Source: Owenia fusiformis (taxonomy: Eukaryota). From it: a DNA stretch of 64,000 nucleotides. The translations under genes were made by a program, and so were the position numbers. The notes beneath the pieces are model-generated. The model ran no database searches. It was given only the letters and a program-made list of their open reading frames with translations, and was not told the origin of the DNA. Numbering within the stretch: position 1 is the first letter of the stretch; each line of letters opens with the position of its first letter. Location of the stretch: NCBI GenBank assembly GCA_903813345.2, contig CAIIXF020000001.1:37820001-37884000 (forward strand), read 5' to 3'. Below, in pieces: positions 45,301 to 53,365 of this stretch.

Positions 45301-47243
45301 GAAGACACATACCCCAACTCTGGCTTTATTCTCTCCAATGTCCAGCGTGTCTGTTACTGCCTCGATGAAGTTTATGACCTCCTCATAGTTCGTATCATTA
45401 ATACTTCCAGATGAATCAACAACAAAGATGACATCTATTTGACTATTGATACAATCTGAAAGGGGCAAAATTATGGTGGATGAGATCAAAACCAAACATT
45501 TAAGCACTATATAGTATTCGACATAGTACTTGAGTTTAGGTTTTAGGAAGAGAATAACAGTTTTTACACATTTAAATAAATAACTCTTTATCATCCCACA
45601 AATGTTTAATGCATAGTGATCTTGAATATACTTAATTTGGTACAAACATTATTTCCTGAAATCATTCAAGGTTGAAAAAATATTGAATAATTAAATTGAA
45701 AAAGTTCAAAATATTGCATTCCACTACTTAATTTTTTCCATCTTTTTCAATTTCAAAATGTATTAATTCACTTCCTATCAATCGTTGACGATGGGGTTTA
45801 TTCCAAAGACTCTCTGATGGCAGAAGGAAAATATTTTTGGATAATCAAGAACCAGGATTACTGATAAGAATTTCGGTTAATTCTGTTCAACATAATGTTT
45901 TACGGAATGAATACATTCTCTCAATTCATTCATCATCAATTAGGTGTATTAGAATATGTAATGAAAATGCACATGTCATAGATTTCGATAAGTTTCAGAA
46001 GAGATTCATAATCATAGATAAAAAGTTAAGTTTATATAATATTCAAAATCATTTTTGGTTGCGTTGACTAAAGCTTGAGTTGACTTAAGCTTGAGATGTC
46101 TTAGCTTGCATTCGCGAATGCAACTTTCGGCTGTTGGTTACCGGATTAAACCAACTATTTTATTGGCAACCCATGTGAATATGAATAGAACCATCCACTA
46201 TTTCATTCATATCTAAATCATAATCTAAGTCATAAAATAGTAGGTTAATCCGGTTGCCGACAGCCGAAAGTTGCATTCGCGAATATAAGCTTAAATTCAT
46301 ACACACAGCGTGGAGCAAATAGAGACATTACTTAATATATTATATTGATCTCTCACATGAAGACATTTTCCAGGAATAAGCTTACCTATCACTTGAATGC
46401 ATGTCTCCTCTTGTAAAGCTGTAGAGATAGTAGAGAGTGATTCAAAATCGTCCACAATGTAATAGAATCTTGAAACTGGTTCACTTGCAATTTGTTGTAA
46501 TTCAACTTCATCTAACTCAGCAGTTTGGATACCAATTGCATATATGAGAATGCCTAAGTCTTTCACAACCTGTGCACTTGGGACTGGATCCCCCGTTTTA
46601 GCTGCACCATCTGTAATTACTAGAGCAATACCCTGAACATCACCGGATCTACCACCATTTTCAACTTTAAACATATCAGGGATTTTTTGCATAGCTTCAA
46701 GTGTAGCAGTGCTGCCGCCCACGTAAGCAATACTATTAACAGCATTAACTGTGCTGGCCGCGGATACGGTTTCATTGAAATAAAACTGAACTTTCACGTC
46801 ACTGTTGAATGTAATGGCTGCAACACGGACACTATCCATCCCAATGTCCAAGTCCTGTACAACACTTGTAACAAACTGGAGGGTCAGATCGAAGTTTGTT
46901 TTGGTGACACTTCCAGACGAGTCAATGACAAATAATATATCTGTTTTGGCACCTTGGCACACTGAAATTACATACCATCTTAAGTTAATGAAATCGAGAA
47001 TTTTAAGTAGATACACGATAAAATATACTACATAATTTTAACACTTATGAACCGATACTTCAAAACCAGTCAACCAACATCGTTTGTTGTGCCTCATTAT
47101 ATTCAGAACACTTATCAACCAAAGTTTATATATTTTCAAAATATGTAGTAAGTGCATTTACCTGTGGAGTTTGACTGTGACGAAACCTCTCTCATTCCGC
47201 AAAAAACAAGACACAGCCATACGACAGCAGAGAACACCCCCAT
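277..47243 (-). CDS. Giant secreted multi-VWA / Thr-rich-linker extracellular protein (collagen VI/XII- or matrilin-like VWA domains); 47 coding exons in window, ~6,160 aa, 3' end beyond left edge
   Basis: Exons chained by hand using GT-AG sites; all internal exons are multiples of 3 and phase 1-1; signal peptide + 30 VWA (DxSxS...T...TDG, N- and C-terminal Cys) + 16 Thr/Pro linkers; no stop in the joined frame; no Gly-X-Y helix seen. Confidence 0.9.
745..1311 (-). CDS. VWA30 exon (diverged)
   Basis: 567 nt, tttcag|...|gtaagt. Confidence 0.9.
1335..1736. mobile_element. Helentron/DINE-like non-autonomous element with internal tandem repeats
   Basis: Sub-terminal atgtcaccacc (1357-1367) inverted to ggtggtgacat (1722-1732), which is also part of a terminal hairpin (1707-1732); internal ~120-bp repeats of aagtcagatttg...ttgaccttga. 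Confidence 0.5.
2569..2664 (-). CDS. Thr/Pro-rich linker exon GAPSTTT...PAPVTTPP
   Basis: 96 nt, ttttaag|...|gtaaga. Confidence 0.85.
2829..3389 (-). CDS. VWA29 exon (diverged)
   Basis: 561 nt, ttttcag|...|gtaagt. Confidence 0.9.
3775..3849 (-). CDS. Thr-rich linker exon VTTSSTTT...KPQTTTSG
   Basis: 75 nt, ttctag|...|gtaagt. Confidence 0.85.
4543..5106 (-). CDS. VWA28 exon (diverged)
   Basis: 564 nt, tttttag|...|gtaaag; DASGS, STDT, ITDG. Confidence 0.9.
5362..5934 (-). CDS. VWA27 exon (type A, last of array; T>N variant, unique downstream intron)
   Basis: 573 nt, ttgcag|...|gtaaac. Confidence 0.9.
6201..6281 (-). CDS. Thr-rich linker exon
   Basis: Array edge copy. Confidence 0.85.
6546..7118 (-). 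CDS. VWA26 exon (type B; I>T and T>M variants)
   Basis: Array edge copy. Confidence 0.9.
7247..7819 (-). CDS. VWA25 exon (type A)
   Basis: Array copy. Confidence 0.9.
8086..8166 (-). CDS. Thr-rich linker exon (first exon after the expanded intron)
   Basis: Array copy. Confidence 0.85.
8405..9743 (+). repeat. Left TIR (1,339 bp)
   Basis: Reverse complement of 19012-20349 with only a handful of differences by eye. Confidence 0.95.
11404..12633 (+). CDS. DIRS ORF1, Gag-like protein (409 aa)
   Basis: Position upstream of RT; DIRS-gag-type segments IWSRI...SDIKMQ, RRRELIKP, FLFGDDI; RG-rich C-terminus. Confidence 0.85.
   Translation: MTSQMVRDKPLGAKTPSECEKMDLDDSILDETPSVSGVKKKTPRKTIPRKSGKNDDIKNITEAITSSISSGMSDLTEMMSSSLQDLKETIQSGYEYDQFDDDSYNDNDHDDSDQTPVKKMKTDMQTCIDNDTVSSENEDTSDLMKQLQSKVNKSNEGQGPPLNKAMSSLLNDLIQNVLKGDEESQKLDDYKTPSNTPLVCAARGNEQIWSRISSEVRSSDIKMQQALKPMMCSIVATSRALEVLDSLKTAVGGKTDEFQDQFGNMANLLYDSIQMMCLSNYKFNMRRRELIKPDIAHSFKHLCDKTSPVTTFLFGDDITKRVKDISEMNKTQINSSVFNQSRGSYRGSYRGRGNRGRGTRGRGRGQNHFLGQGQNRNYSQRQGYAQNKSSRGKGRGNTAQNQDNKQSNK
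12420..14699 (+). CDS. DIRS ORF2: reverse transcriptase, RNase H and Dam-like methyltransferase domain (frame open from 12420; no early ATG)
   Basis: GGRL..F...W; LDVKDAYY; QGLSSAPRIFTK; YIDD; RNase H SDSS..GWG, HINYLELLAI, TDNTTA, N..AD..SR; MT-like DLFAS...DAF...W...YAFPPF. Confidence 0.93.
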   Translation, partial: SVSRQLSWQLSRPRKPWTWHTWTWTRPESFFRPRPESQLQSAAGLRPKQILSRKRKRQHGPEPGQQTVQQVAANDHEPSEVRDFLRSQLKHFKGGRLKYFYSEWEKITSDQTILNAIAGYDFEFIDVNAIPRSDHPRPKIQKFLERGILKPVEHSKIGYLSSIFLTPKSDGTKRTILNLRNLNEHVEYQHFKMENFQSVINMITENCYMSTLDVKDAYYSVPVSETSQKFLQFEWKNTIYQYTCLAQGLSSAPRIFTKIMKPVFAKLRNEGFMSVYYIDDCCLISDSYEECKRNIATTIDHLQHLGFMLHPEKCDLIPKQVIKFLGFEINSNTMEVKLPETKAVAIQSLCIETLRRKNKISIRELAKLIGTLVASFPGVRYGRLYYRHMDNNKSLALSQNCGNFDTKIALNLDAQNEIRWWIRHIKNATNPISVIDPQHVLRSDSSMAGWGVFDVTNNTRTGGRWNYVESRHHINYLELLAIFLALKTFCRSVRNKHVRVETDNTTAMTYVNNMGGSKSIDCNILAKQIWQWCIFRDIWLSSSHIAGIENVEADSESRIFHDETEWMLDEQVFADICNIDMFPNPILDLFASRLNNQLGKYASWRPDPEAEFIDAFSKTWNSMVTYYAFPPFSILMRVLNKIQHDRADVLLILPLWPTQPWWPKMLNLLTTHPVVLPQERRILSLPYNPEAQHPLRKLTLIACHLSGIPSRNKDFLSQLPKSSYNLGDQNHRNNTRFISRNGFRSVIRGKLIQFKELYS
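14399..15502 (+). CDS. DIRS ORF3: tyrosine recombinase (true start uncertain; overlaps ORF2)
   Basis: Catalytic residues AQRAQ, HSTR, AGW, FRRFY; SAM-like N-terminal domain (YSAINTARSALS). Confidence 0.93.
   Translation: MVAKDVEPFNHTSSCATPRTEDPKPTIQSRGTTSVEKTDINCLSLVRNSLQKQGLSVPVTEIILQSWRPKSQKQYEVYLKKWISFCNTREIDPVQGTLQLGLEFLMTLSVDNLGYSAINTARSALSSCINFPKTETSFGQHPLVVRFMKGIFNKNPPLPRYTKTWDVSVVLRHLQSYFPIEKITLLELTLKLIMLIALVSAQRAQTLHLLSLNNLIIEKDCYVFTIYDNVKQSKPGKSNPIIKLHTYDDPSLCVVVTLKEYIQRTEKLRAGESKLFVSTIKPHKAVSKDTISRWLKLELSRAGIDTDTFKGHSTRSAAVSAASRSDVNVDLILKTAGWSSDCCFRRFYNKPLDIDNEKTFGKAVLSL
15693..15817. repeat. DIRS internal complementary region (ICR)
   Basis: 15693-15735 is the reverse complement of the element's left end; 15733-15817 is the reverse complement of its right end; the halves overlap at AAT. 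Confidence 0.95.
17364..18159. mobile_element. Academ-like MITE nested in the large TIR element
   Basis: ~50-bp TIRs TAGAGAATTTTCGTTATAAG...CTTATAACGAAAATTCTCTA; ATAA duplicated at 17360-17363 and 18160-18163; TAG/CTA ends. Confidence 0.7.
18310..18490 (-). mobile_element. Partial inverted copy of the MITE at 58611-58882
   Basis: Reverse-complement similarity to ~58611-58790, including the C-run and gatcac..ggcgtga end. Confidence 0.55.
19012..20349 (-). repeat. Right TIR (1,338 bp)
   Basis: Reverse complement of 8405-9743; mirrored 80-aa ORFs 8919-9161 and 19594-19836 confirm. Confidence 0.95.
19286..19366 (+). ncRNA. tRNA-like / Pol III-type motif inside right TIR (mirror copy 9389-9469, minus strand)
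   Basis: A-box TGGCCTAATGG (19293-19303), B-box-like GATCGAAACC (19338-19347), T5 at 19362; no convincing cloverleaf. Confidence 0.4.
20380..20952 (-). CDS. VWA24 exon (type B); donor lies 30 nt from the large TIR insertion
   Basis: Array copy, donor gtaaga intact. Confidence 0.9.
21081..21653 (-). CDS. VWA23 exon (type A)
   Basis: Array copy. Confidence 0.9.
21920..22000 (-). CDS. Thr-rich linker exon
   Basis: Array copy. Confidence 0.85.
22265..22837 (-). CDS. VWA22 exon (type B)
   Basis: Array copy. Confidence 0.9.
22966..23538 (-). CDS. VWA21 exon (type A)
   Basis: Array copy. Confidence 0.9.
23805..23885 (-). CDS. Thr-rich linker exon
   Basis: Array copy. Confidence 0.85.
24150..24722 (-). 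CDS. VWA20 exon (type B; R>Q variant)
   Basis: Array copy. Confidence 0.9.
24851..25423 (-). CDS. VWA19 exon (type A)
   Basis: Array copy. Confidence 0.9.
25690..25770 (-). CDS. Thr-rich linker exon
   Basis: Array copy. Confidence 0.85.
26035..26607 (-). CDS. VWA18 exon (type B)
   Basis: Array copy. Confidence 0.9.
26736..27308 (-). CDS. VWA17 exon (type A; A>T variant)
   Basis: Array copy. Confidence 0.9.
27575..27655 (-). CDS. Thr-rich linker exon
   Basis: Array copy. Confidence 0.85.
27920..28492 (-). CDS. VWA16 exon (type B)
   Basis: Array copy. Confidence 0.9.
28622..29194 (-). CDS. VWA15 exon (type A)
   Basis: Array copy; 1-nt insertion in the following intron (~28561) shifts the register. 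Confidence 0.9.
29461..29541 (-). CDS. Thr-rich linker exon
   Basis: Array copy. Confidence 0.85.
29806..30378 (-). CDS. VWA14 exon (type B; R>H variant)
   Basis: Array copy. Confidence 0.9.
30507..31079 (-). CDS. VWA13 exon (type A; acceptor CAG>AAG)
   Basis: Array copy; G>T at 31082 changes the -3 acceptor base. Confidence 0.85.
31346..31426 (-). CDS. Thr-rich linker exon
   Basis: Array copy. Confidence 0.85.
31691..32263 (-). CDS. VWA12 exon (type B)
   Basis: Array copy. Confidence 0.9.
32392..32964 (-). CDS. VWA11 exon (type A; S>N variant)
   Basis: Array copy. Confidence 0.9.
33231..33311 (-). CDS. Thr-rich linker exon
   Basis: Array copy. Confidence 0.85.
33576..34148 (-). CDS. 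VWA10 exon (type B)
   Basis: Array copy. Confidence 0.9.
34277..34849 (-). CDS. VWA9 exon (type A)
   Basis: Array copy. Confidence 0.9.
35116..35196 (-). CDS. Thr-rich linker exon
   Basis: Array copy. Confidence 0.85.
35461..36033 (-). CDS. VWA8 exon (type B; T>N variant)
   Basis: Array copy. Confidence 0.9.
36162..36734 (-). CDS. VWA7 exon (type A)
   Basis: Array copy. Confidence 0.9.
37001..37081 (-). CDS. Thr-rich linker exon
   Basis: Array copy. Confidence 0.85.
37346..37918 (-). CDS. VWA6 exon (type B)
   Basis: Array copy. Confidence 0.9.
38047..38619 (-). CDS. VWA5 exon (type A; P>S and R>I variants)
   Basis: Array copy, same splice sites. Confidence 0.9.
38886..38966 (-). CDS. 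Thr-rich linker exon (array) TTTTSTSTTTTTTTTTTPAPTTTVPEI
   Basis: 81 nt, tttcag|...|gtgagt. Confidence 0.85.
39231..39803 (-). CDS. VWA4 exon (array type B)
   Basis: 573 nt, tttaag|...|gtaaga. Confidence 0.92.
39932..40504 (-). CDS. VWA3 exon (array type A)
   Basis: 573 nt, ttgcag|...|gtatgt. Confidence 0.92.
40713..40787 (-). CDS. Thr-rich linker exon (diverged edge copy) TTTESTTTTSTTTTTPAPTTTVPEI
   Basis: 75 nt, ttttag|...|gtaagt. Confidence 0.85.
40871..41921. mobile_element. Old Tc1/mariner-type non-autonomous element, ~200-bp degenerate TIRs
   Basis: TA|CAGG...ggaccaccCTG|TA; 40871-41065 aligns with the reverse complement of ~41724-41921. Confidence 0.7.
42311..43907. mobile_element. 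Degraded inverted-repeat element with internal repeats (boundaries approximate)
   Basis: 42331-42397 is the reverse complement of ~43746-43815; motif gaagc..gtaaatttcccatgggatttggg repeated at ~43425, 43590, 43778; ends ttttggaccaccct like the neighbouring mariner-type TIR. Confidence 0.45.
44316..44687. mobile_element. 372-bp double-inverted-repeat element, Crypton-like non-autonomous (copy 1)
   Basis: A...A' B...B' structure; near-identical to 60519-60890; no TSD seen. Confidence 0.65.
44892..45455 (-). CDS. VWA2 exon (diverged, B-like)
   Basis: 564 nt, ttcag|...|gtaagt; DSSGS, STDT, ITDG. Confidence 0.92.
46103..46291. mobile_element. Small palindromic MITE
   Basis: ~46-bp TIR agcttgcattcgcgaatgcaactttcggctg / cagccgaaagttgcattcgcgaatataagct. 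Confidence 0.65.
46386..46961 (-). CDS. VWA1 exon (diverged, A-like)
   Basis: 576 nt, tttcag|...|gtaag; DSSGS, GSTAT, ITDG. Confidence 0.92.
47162..47243 (-). CDS. First coding exon: signal peptide MGVFSAVVWLCLVFCGMREVSSQSNST
   Basis: Acceptor ttttttccag 5 nt before ATG; donor CAG|gtaaat; hydrophobic N-terminus; phase 1 joins VWA1 in frame. Too short for the ORF track. Confidence 0.85.
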
Positions 47244-49013
47244 GTTGTCTGGAAAAAACAGTTACATCATTTTAGAAGAGAGTTATGGGGTTTTTGAAGA
47301 TCCTGTTGAAAACGAAGGTGGTTAAATCGATCTTGTACTTTTCAATAGGTCCATTAAAGATCGCCCAAAATAAATCAGTGTAGGTTATCATCCTTGTTAA
47401 ACCAAAGACAAACTTTTGAGATCGAATCATCAATCGGTAGAAGTCAATACCATTCTATGTTAACATTTTTTACTTGATCCTCCAACGTAAATTAAGAAAA
47501 TGTGTTCACAAGATTTTTAACTTCATGTCATGATATGCATTTACATGAAACACCATTTTAAAAGGAAAAAATGTAATGAGTCACAACAGATTATTCAGTA
47601 ACCTGATTATAACTATCCAAATATAATGTTTAGTTATAGTTTTCAATCGGCCCTAGGCGTATCTCTAAATAGACGGAATCATCATAGAATTCGGAGAAGA
47701 TGAATTAAAGGGTAAAACTGGTTCGCATTTTAATGCGTATAACTTTTGAAGATGTGTTTAAAATGTCAACCTGTTTGTGATGCTACTTCTGATGCAACAT
47801 TGTCTCTTTTGAATCGAGATTTTCAGTCATCTTCACATTACAATAAATAATTTGACTGGGAAAAGTTTATAAATATGCATTGGTTTTTGAATAAAGTTGT
47901 ATGATAAAGTAAACGACATGGAACAATGCTACGCAGAGTATTCTCAATATGTATATGATCGATGTTGTTTAAAATACTATTTAACGATTTTACAATTTTT
48001 GCCTCAACTGTATGGTATTTTTGTACAAAAATAGGTCAGTCGGATATTGAATAATAAGCTTCCCAGGAACATTTCAAAATATTTTGCCAATTTGTTTAAT
48101 GAGGTGTCAATTTATGATTCCTTGTCATACTCCTTGTAATATGAATATATTGATAGTATAGCTTGCATTGGTTATATATTTAGAAGACATTGGGTGATTG
48201 TTATATTTACAAATTTTTGACACCATACATCATGATATCTCTGGCTATACCTCCAAAATCTTCCCTCCACTTAGAGTTCCTGCTAAATACATATTATAGT
48301 CAGTAGAACGCGTGTATTAATAATTTAATCCATCATCATATCGACTTGATTAAGCTGTGATTAAATATATCACCGCGATTTTATTGCATTTTATAGCACA
48401 TTGAAAGGGAGATCGATTTCAACCTGTTATGCGTCTATATTATCTGAGATTCACTTTGATTTGTCAATAAAGCATTTCTATCCGATTATTTCATAATATT
48501 AGTTACTAGTGACTATTTCTTCAAACCTAGAGTGCTAAATATTGTTCAGCGAGAAGTGCCCTTAACATTAATCCATATTGGGATGCAAAGAAAGAAACTA
48601 TAAGCATGCATGAAATATTCATCAGCAATATAAAGGGAATTATTTATTAAAACTGTACTATAGAATAATGTATGCTTTATCGATCCTCTTCATGCATTCC
48701 TTCATCCACTCTACTTGAAGAAAGTGCGATATCGTCTATTAATGTTTTAAGAATATTTGTTTGCAAACGATGAAGTAGGCGTATAGTCACTTCATAAAAA
48801 TGAACAGCATGGCAGCACGAAGGTCTATTCTACTCTTTCTTTCCACACCAATAGTTAAGGTTTCACAGCACAACCCAAGGCTAGAATTATGTTTGAAGTG
48901 GAATTTCGAATGAATTGTATACTGTGAACATAAGGGTCACAGATTAAAACAAAGATTGCATAAATATACCTGTTTGATGGGTTTTTCGTATAATATAGTG
49001 ATAGATCACTTAC

Positions 49014-49110
49014 CTAGTCTCTTTTTCTTTCCTTTACTTATATCAATGTCAACTTGATCCCGTATACATTGTTATAGTCTCCCAGAGTTCAGCGTCGCGC
49101 AATCCATGTG
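49014..49110 (-). other. Candidate non-coding 5' UTR exon of the VWA gene (upstream boundary uncertain)
   Basis: Strong donor AG|gtaagt at 49014/49013; the ATG exon has an acceptor, so an upstream exon must exist, but this choice is a guess. Confidence 0.3.
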
Positions 49111-50999
49111 TTAGTCGCGAAACAATTTAGCTTAAATATTCACTCCTTTGAGGAAGATGAACCTATAAATAAACGAACTGTCATGTATCATGTGAACTTG
49201 GGTGTATCATTATTGAACGTGAGATTTACATTTTCGTCGAACTATTCATTTGGCATTTGGACCATCCTATATTTCACAATGAAGGCCTGCTCTTTACCAG
49301 TTTACGCCAACATGCATCTTAAGTCAAATTTTGTTTACCAACGTTCACATTTTTGTTTGTACGCCCTATTCAGCTGAAACTATAATAACCGGTTCTGAAG
49401 AGTCATCAACCACTATAACACTAATAATTCTTATGTGTGCATTTAACTTATCGGATTTATCCAACGGAAAACTATTCTTAGTTTGCTGTTTTATTATGCT
49501 TATTTTCATCCCTTTTGATTATGCTATCACCCAGCGATTGATTTGTATTTGCACGCTTTTGTATTGATTTATTTGCATTCTAATACACACAGGGCTTTAT
49601 GCAGGTCATTCCACCCTCGATGTACCTACCTATAAGAAAATGTTGATGAATTATTAAAGGAATATCCTGGAAAGCGGGCTTAATATGTCTTGTTGGCTAC
49701 ACGTTGAATAATATAAATGCGGGTATAATTAGTTAGCGTTCGTGGTTACATTCATCATTATCTTAACAAATACAAATAAATTCATGTAATATAACAATTA
49801 AAACAAAACTGAATATGTTCAAACATATGACTGCAGATGGAAAGATGTCTTGAAAAGCTTACATCTTCATCTTAGAAAATTAAAGTCAGTCTGTGTTATA
49901 TAGTCCCCTCCCCATTGGTTCATATGGTGAAGTGATTAAAACTCATCCTATTCATCTTATACTCAATAATGATCAATGAGAGCCATATAGAAAGGACCAT
50001 AATCCAGGGGAACATTATTTCTTCAACATTGAGTCTTTTTTGCAATGGAATGATGAGGTAAACATTGTAAGCTACAGGAAGGCTACCTTCACATTTCGTA
50101 TGTTTCTTTATGGATTAATTTTCCTCTTATAAGTTTTTTGTAAATAGTCTATAAACTTTGTTATATTCTTAAAACAAAGCAATATATTTGGTCCATCTAC
50201 GTTGTTTCAAATATTTTAGCATTGTCCAAGTCGGTATTATCTTTTATTTAACTTGGTTTTCAATTAATATATACAGTGAAAAGAAAATTTGAAAAAGTAA
50301 AGACACCGACTTGGGCAAGGCTGCAAATATTTCTGTACCAATAGTTTATGTGAGAACTGAACTTGAAAATATGTTCTTTGAACCACATCTCTAGGTCTAC
50401 ACTTGCGAATCAATTTCTCTTTTATTTCAACTCATTTCTCAACACAATTAAAATAGACAAGGATGTATGCATTGGTTTAAGGTATTGCTTATTGGGATGT
50501 TACAGCTAAAACTCTGTTTTAAATGAATTCGAAATATGTGGAGCATAAATTCCTTCGAAACAAATTTTTGAATTAAAAAAGTTCCATATCCCACATTTTG
50601 ACAACATTGATAATGCACTTCAATGTACGCCAAAGTGGTTAAAACTTTACACTGGGACTTTAATTAAATATTAAGACGTATTATTGTTACGTTTTGAATG
50701 GCATTATCGAACACATCATCTTGTTTCTTCAGATTTCCAGCATTCACATTATCCTGAACTGCCATTTCATCATCAATGCATGGAGGTTTTGCAGTGTCCT
50801 AGTGCAGATGTACATGTAGTTATGAAAATTAATGTATATGGAGAAGGTCTACATCATTGTGAGAGATCCCACCCTAAAACATTCTTTGCAAGGCAGAGAT
50901 GGTCTGTTTTCTGTTATGCTATATAAGGCAGTGACCCCCACCCTTTAAAACATACTTTGGTGTTACTGGTGTTGGTGCACTTCCCATCATCAGAAATGT

Positions 51000-51320
51000 G
51001 CCTGGCTATAACTCTCAGCTCACTAGGTGCATTGCTCTCTATGGGTCCTGCCTGTTTGTAACGTTTCTTTAGATCCCTTGGTTCCTTAGGTCTTTAATAT
51101 TTTTTGCCTTCTACTAATTAAATATGTGGTTTTAAATGGCATTTTTCTTCTCTAAATCTGTTTGATGCAATTGAGTATATGATGATTGTCATGGCTTGTA
51201 TCTTCTTTTCAACTGGTCCACTTTGAGATGACTCCAGAATTGTATCCAAGTCATTATCCAGATTACTCCATTCCTCTTTCTTTGTAGCATTTGGCCATTT
51301 AATCCTCTGGAGTCTCTCTT
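51000..51320 (-). pseudogene. Fragment of a non-LTR retrotransposon ORF (HERO/R2-group-like N-terminal region)
   Basis: My translation: RIKWPNATKKEEWSNLDNDLDTILESSQSGPVEKKIQAMTIIIYSIASNRF and RDLKKRYKQAGPIES, frameshifted; family recognised from memory only. Confidence 0.5.
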
Positions 51321-52254
51321 CTTTAGCTTTGACAGTCTCATTCGTCTTTGGAACTTGAAAGTTCCTGGCACTGTGGTTTTTGTCCTAGCCTGGTCCCTCC
51401 GTCGTCTTACCAGGATCAGATGACCCTGAGCGCTGTTTCACTCCCGAGTGAACCGCGACTTGCCTTTATGAATCTTAAGTCCCCTGTCATTCTAACACTC
51501 TTAGTTATAATAGACGATAAACGAGGGAGCTTTATTTCGGAGCCATGCGGCATACCGATGTGAAAGAAATGATGATCCCCGGGGATTTTGATCCCCTTTC
51601 TTAACGGCCCTTAGTGGCCCTGATTGTGTATAAGATAATGAGGGAAAGAATTGTATTTAGGCCACCATATAAATCAATGGAGAGTAGGACCATAATTTGA
51701 TAGGACCTTCTACCATTTTACACCATCCTTCTTCAAAGGACTTCATTTATGCTTAAATTCATATGGTATGGAAAGAAGTGAAATACCCTTGGACCAAGGA
51801 TGCTTTTTTTGATCGAAGATCGTGTTTCATGTTTAACATTCACAATGGTATATTCGAAAAAATAATCAATTAATATTTGTGTTCCCCAGTTCAGCTTGTT
51901 ACGAAGAGTTGCCTGCATTTTCAAACAAAGACATGGGAGGGGTGGCCTCATGTGGATATTAAAAAACTCTAGTTCAAGTGACTTGAATTTGATGGCTACT
52001 CTGTGTGAATCGTCAATACGGCTTCGTGCAACCAAAACTTACCTGAACTTAATCTGATTAACCTTTGCAAATTGTATTTACTATTTACCCCAGATTATAA
52101 TCGATATTAGTTTATACATAAGTGAGGCTTTTTATATCTATCAGATACAGCAATACAGCAGGATATTGGAATTGTATGAAATAGCGGCCATTATAAGTCG
52201 TAATGGAAATCACAGACATCATCATTCTACCTGATCCGGTAATGTAATAATGTA

Positions 52255-53365
52255 GTACATTCATTGATCGTCACCCACCTCATCATACAGACTGCACCCA
52301 CCTCATCGTGTTGACTTCATTATCCCACCTCACCTAGCATTGTACTATATCCAATGATCTACACCCACCTCATCATACAGACCTCATCAAACTTCATCAT
52401 CCTACCTAACCCAGCATTGTACTTCATCCATTGATCTGCACCCACATCATCATACAAGTCTCATTAACCTACATAACCCAGCATTGTACTACATCCATTG
52501 ATCTGCACCCACATCATCATACAGGTCTCATTAACCTACATAACCAAGCATTGTACTACATCCATTGATCTGCACCCACATCATCATACAGGTCTCATTA
52601 ACCTACATAACCAAGCATTGTACTTCATCCATTGATCTGCACCCACCTCATGATATAGACTTCATTATCCTACATAACCCAGTTTTGTACTACATCCATT
52701 GATCTGCACCCACATTATCATACAGGCCTCATTAACCTACACATATCCAGCATTGTACTACACCCATTAATCTGCACCCAAATCATCATACAGGTTTCAT
52801 TAACCTACACAACCCAGCATTGTACTACATCCATTGATCTGCACCCACATCATCATACAGGTCTCATTAACCTACATAACCAAGCATTGTACTACATCCA
52901 TTGATCTGCACCCACATCATCATACAGGTCTCATTAACCTACATAACCAAGCATTGTACTTCATCCGTTGATCTGCACCCACCTCATCATACAGACTTCA
53001 TTAACCTACATTACCCAGTATTGTACTTCATCCATTGACCTGCACCCACCTCATCATACAGACTTCATTATCCTACATAACCCAGCATTGTACTACATCC
53101 ATTGATCTGCACCCACCTCATCATACAGACTTCATTATCCTATATTGCCCAGCATTGTACTTCATCCATTGATCTGCACCCACCTCATCATACAGACTTC
53201 ATTATCCTACATTGCCCAGCATCGTACTACATCCATTGATCTGCACCCACCTCATCATACAGACTTCATTATCCTATATTGCCCAGCATTGTACTTCATC
53301 CATTGATCTGCACCCACCTCATTATACAGACTTCATTATCCGACATAACCCAGCATTTTACTGCA
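52255..53365. repeat. Minisatellite, 67-bp unit, about 16 copies
   Basis: cattgtactacatccattgatctgcacccacatcatcatacaggtctcattaacctacataaccaag repeated head to tail (e.g. 52482, 52549). Confidence 0.92.

Noticed and set aside
695..47016. Cluster of ~30 independent single-VWA genes, as the ORF track implies
   Set aside because: ORF ends are intron read-through; consistent GT-AG sites and phases join them to a single signal-peptide exon
277..47243. Assigning a gene symbol such as COL6A3, COL12A1 or MATN
   Set aside because: No collagen helix, FN3 or EGF domains seen in the window; VWA similarity alone does not show orthology
52255..53365. CRISPR-like array
   Set aside because: Head-to-tail repeats without unique spacers, no cas genes, eukaryotic context
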